DNA of 52,152 nucleotides from contig MQRK01233751.1 in NCBI GenBank assembly GCA_001938485.1, forward strand, positions 7,110 to 59,261. Reading direction: 5' to 3'. Both the position numbers and the translations under genes were made by a program. Under the pieces are notes generated by a model. The model saw nothing but the letters and a program-made list of their open reading frames with translations, did not search any database and was not told the origin of the DNA. The DNA comes from Girardia tigrina (taxonomy: Eukaryota). Positions 48,692 to 52,152 of the stretch are shown in pieces; within the stretch, counting starts at the first letter, position 1; each line of letters opens with the position of its first letter.

Positions 48692-51600
48692 AAGCCGACA
48701 TTACTTTCCGAATCAGGATCAATTTCCATATCAAGGCCTGAAAAATTTCACAATCAAATCGATTTTCAAGTTTGGCTTGGACAGTTCGAGCTTATCTGCA
48801 ACCTATCTGGACTCGGGGAAGAGAGAAAAGCCGATTATTCGCTTACGAATCTGGATCTTCCGATTTACAAAGCCACAATTTCAGGAGTGGCCAGAGAAGA
48901 CCTCAAAGATTTTTCAAAAATAGTTAATTTTCTTACGTACAGATATTCAAAAAGAGATAGCTATTCGGATCGGATCGAGTTCTTCAATGCAAAATATACT
49001 GGATCACCCGATGAGTATGCGACTACTCTCCAGAAATTGCTGGACAATTTTCAATATGTGGAAAGAAAGGACAAATTACTTGTCGCAAAGTTCATCAGCA
49101 CAGCACCGGAGAGGTATTCCACAGAATTACGACTGCGACGACCGAAAGATATTTCTGAGTGCATCAAAATTGTGAACGCTATATCACAAGATAAACCNNN
49201 NNNNNNNNNNNNNNNNNNNNNNNNNNNNNNNNNNNNNNNNNNNNNNNNNNNNNNNNNNNNNNNNNNNNNNNNNNNNNNNNNNNNNNNNNNNNNNNNNNNN
49301 NNNNNNNNNNNNNNNNNNNNNNNNNNNNNNNCCTGCAGAAACTGCTCCAAAATGGGACACTTTGCAACGGTCTGCAAACAGGCGAAACATCAACAATCAG
49401 CGGCGGTTGTTATTGCAAATATTAATAATATGCCACGCAGCATACTCCGGAGAGACCAATGGCGGATATCATGATTCAAAGAGAGTCAGGATCGACGGCC
49501 ACAATGAAGATGCTCATTGATACGGGATCCGAAGTTTCAATTCTCCCACAGGACTTCGCAAAGAGATATTTCAGTGGCNNNNNNNNNNNNNNNNNNNNNN
49601 NNNNNNNCTCAAATTTCGATTCATCACCAATTTCAATCAAAGGATGGCTACAGAACCTAGTGATAAAATTCAAAGGAAGAACAGCAAAAATTGATTTTTT
49701 AATAAGTGAGGCAAATAATGCAATTTTAGGAATGCACGCAATAATAGCACTACGAATAGCTATTACCCCGGAAATTGCAGCAATCAATAACGATGAAATG
49801 GAGAAGAATTTCTCGACGGATAAACTAATATCGATGTCGAACCAAGAAGTCTCAATACAACTGAAAGAAGATGCACCCTGTAGTGATTCACTAAAGCAGT
49901 ATTAAAAAAAATTTTTTTTTAACCAAAATAAAAAAAATACTTATATCTGCACGCGGTTTTGAAAATAAAAATTTTCTTGAAAAATACTTTAAAAAAAAAC
50001 ATTATAAAAAATTCTGATGGAAACAATTAACAATTAACAAATTATAAAAAAAATGTAAAAATTATTATCATTAACAAAATGTATTTTGTTTTAAATCACT
50101 AATTTTTGCGAACGAAATAAATCTTGAATCGAATTCGTTTTGTTTTCAAAATCGGTCGTATAAAATCCGATTCATGCAATAGACGATATTAAAATCAATA
50201 ATAATCGATTCTATCATTATTAATGTCTAAATCAACATCATTTCCACGGGAAAACATTCTTGTTTTTCATTCTTTATCAACGAAACTACGATTCGGTCGT
50301 AGTAATGATCCCGAACCGATTATCATTCCACATTGTATCGCTCGTAAAGTCAAATCATCATCGAATCGCAACATCGTCCGACAACCGATCACTCCCGACA
50401 ATCACTCGGCGATGTCAATGAACACGAAATTCAACAACGCCATCAAACTGGCATCGATCGCCATGAAATTGTTTCCGATCGAACTGCTTCAACCGTGCAA
50501 AGAACAACCGACAATCGGCGAATGGATCGAAATGAACAACCAGCATTCAGAAATGGAAATTATTCCCGACAATTGTCCATCGTCATTCGATGCTAATATT
50601 TTCGCGCGAGGGTGTGATGGCGGCCCTATAGTATACAAAAATGCGCCATCCAAAACCGGTAATGTAATTATTGTTAGAACCGGTTCTGCCTCCCCATTTT
50701 ATCAGAAAGAACAAAGCGGTNNNNNNNNNNNNNNNNNNNNNNNNNNNNNNNNNNNNNNNNNNNNNNNNNNCAAAACCGGTAATGTAATTATTGTTAGAAC
50801 CGGTTCTGCCTCCCCATTTTATCAGAAAGAACAAAGCGGTTCAGGGCATGAGTCCGCATGCCAAGCGCAGCTTCTCACGCCCCACGCTTTACACCCCATT
50901 CAATCATACAAAAAGTGAGAAGACTTCATTTTAATTTGGAGGCACCTGTCGCTGAAGAGATAAGAAAACTGATTGCACAAGATGTCACGAGCCAATAGAG
51001 TCATCAGCATTTGTATCACCAATAGTAATAGCAAACAAGAAGAACGGAATTCGACTGTGTGTCGATTACAGGAAGATTAACCAACATATCAAAATCGATC
51101 AGTTTCTAATACCCACTCAAGAAGAAATTCATAACAAGCTGTACGGAGCTCAAATATTCTCAAAAGTGGATCTCACTTCAGCATACCATCAACTACCAAT
51201 CAGAAAAGAAGACAGAGATTTAACAGCCTTCATTACGCACATAGGTTTATTCAGATACAAGCGACTTCCATTTGGTCTAGCAAATGTCCCAGCAGCATTC
51301 ATGAGGGTAATGACGAACATCCTCAGACACTGTGAAGGCATTGTCTGTTATCTAGATGATATATTAATGTACGGGGAAAATATGGAGGAGCATGATCAAG
51401 GACTGAATGAAACATTACTTCGGCTGAAATCGAATAGAGTGAATATTAATGAAGAGAAATCGTTATACCGGAAAGAAGAAATAGTCTTTTTGGGAAGATT
51501 AATTAATAAAACAGGAGTACATCCAGTGCCAGAAGCGTTGAAAGCTATTATTGATTTAGAAAGTCCAAAGACTAAACAACAACTCAGATCATTTCTAGGA

Positions 51601-52152
51601 ATGGCCGGATACTATAGATCAAACATTCCAGGATTCGCGGAATTATCACACGAACTGTACAAAATGATGAGAACAGAAATAACGTTCCAGTGGACAGAAG
51701 AAATGGAAGCAATATTTCAGAAGTTGAAACAAGCAATCTCAGAAGCAGTACCACTAGCATTCTACTCGACAGATATGAAAACAGAAACTATACTGACAAC
51801 AGATGCCTCAGACAACGGGTTTGGAGCAGTATTAAGCCAAATCCAAGAAGGGATTGAAAAACCNNNNNNNNNNNNNNNNNNNNNNNNNNNNNNNNNNNNN
51901 NNNNNNNNNNNNNCAGACAACGGGTTTGGAGCAGTATTAAGCCAAATCCAAGAAGGGATTGAAAAACCAATCTACTTTATCAGCAGAACTATTCATGATT
52001 CAGAACGAAAATACTCAGCATCAGAAAAAGAAACACTCAGTGTCATCTGGAGCATCATGAGATTGCATAGATTCCTTTATGGACGAAAATTTCAAGTAAG
52101 AACAGATCACCAAAGCTTACGACAACTACTAACTGCCATTAATGGAGATGGT
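48692..52152 (+). mobile_element. Ty3/Gypsy LTR retrotransposon (gag-PR-RT-RNase H), defective, truncated by window end
   Basis: Gag zinc knuckle CRNCSKMGHFATVC. Protease LIDTGSEVSI. RT SPIV...IRLCVDYRKIN...FSKVDLTSAYHQ...RLPFGL...CYLDDIL. RNase H TDASDNGFGAVLSQ...YSASEKETL...RTDH. Frameshifts at ~48792 and ~50986, with an insertion at 49879-50893. Confidence 0.95.
49879..50893. mobile_element. ~1-kb TGTA...TACA insertion within Gypsy pol
   Basis: Removing it and one flanking CCC restores LKEDAP-HSIIQKVRRLHFNLEAPVAEEIRKL. It carries orphan ORF 50223-50918 and an internal TGTGATG...TTTACA unit from 50613. Confidence 0.7.

Noticed and set aside
1-52152. CRISPR arrays, tRNA/rRNA genes, prokaryotic operons
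   Set aside because: None seen. Introns and TE content indicate eukaryotic nuclear DNA.

Overview
This is very AT-rich eukaryotic draft-assembly DNA with N gaps, (TA)n tracts, short (~45-60 nt) GT-AG introns and TTAGGG-type repeats. The host cannot be identified from sequence alone; a compact-genome animal or parasite is an inference. I see no clearly intact host gene. About 5-44 kb is a mosaic of segmentally duplicated, shuffled blocks, nearly all on the minus strand. It contains roughly 20 fragments of a divergent DCP2-like mRNA-decapping gene, with Box A, Nudix and Box B exons dispersed as separate cassettes. These are interleaved with at least 4 copies of an unidentified multi-exon ~180-aa module gene (one copy has two tandem modules with the same intron pattern) and with other repeated blocks. 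Scattered decayed host-gene fragments include a VAP MSP domain, ubiquitin, USP-like, Ulp1-like and ARM-like pieces. Transposon relics include Merlin/ISXO2, a Ginger/KRBA2-like integrase, a pogo-type MITE, two mariner relics, a LINE RT fragment, a full-length defective piggyBac nested in a Tc1, two Penelope-type minimal hammerhead motifs, and a Ty3/Gypsy element (interrupted by a 1-kb insert) running off the right end. All protein identifications are by-eye motif recognition, no searches were run, and fragment boundaries are approximate unless termini are quoted.
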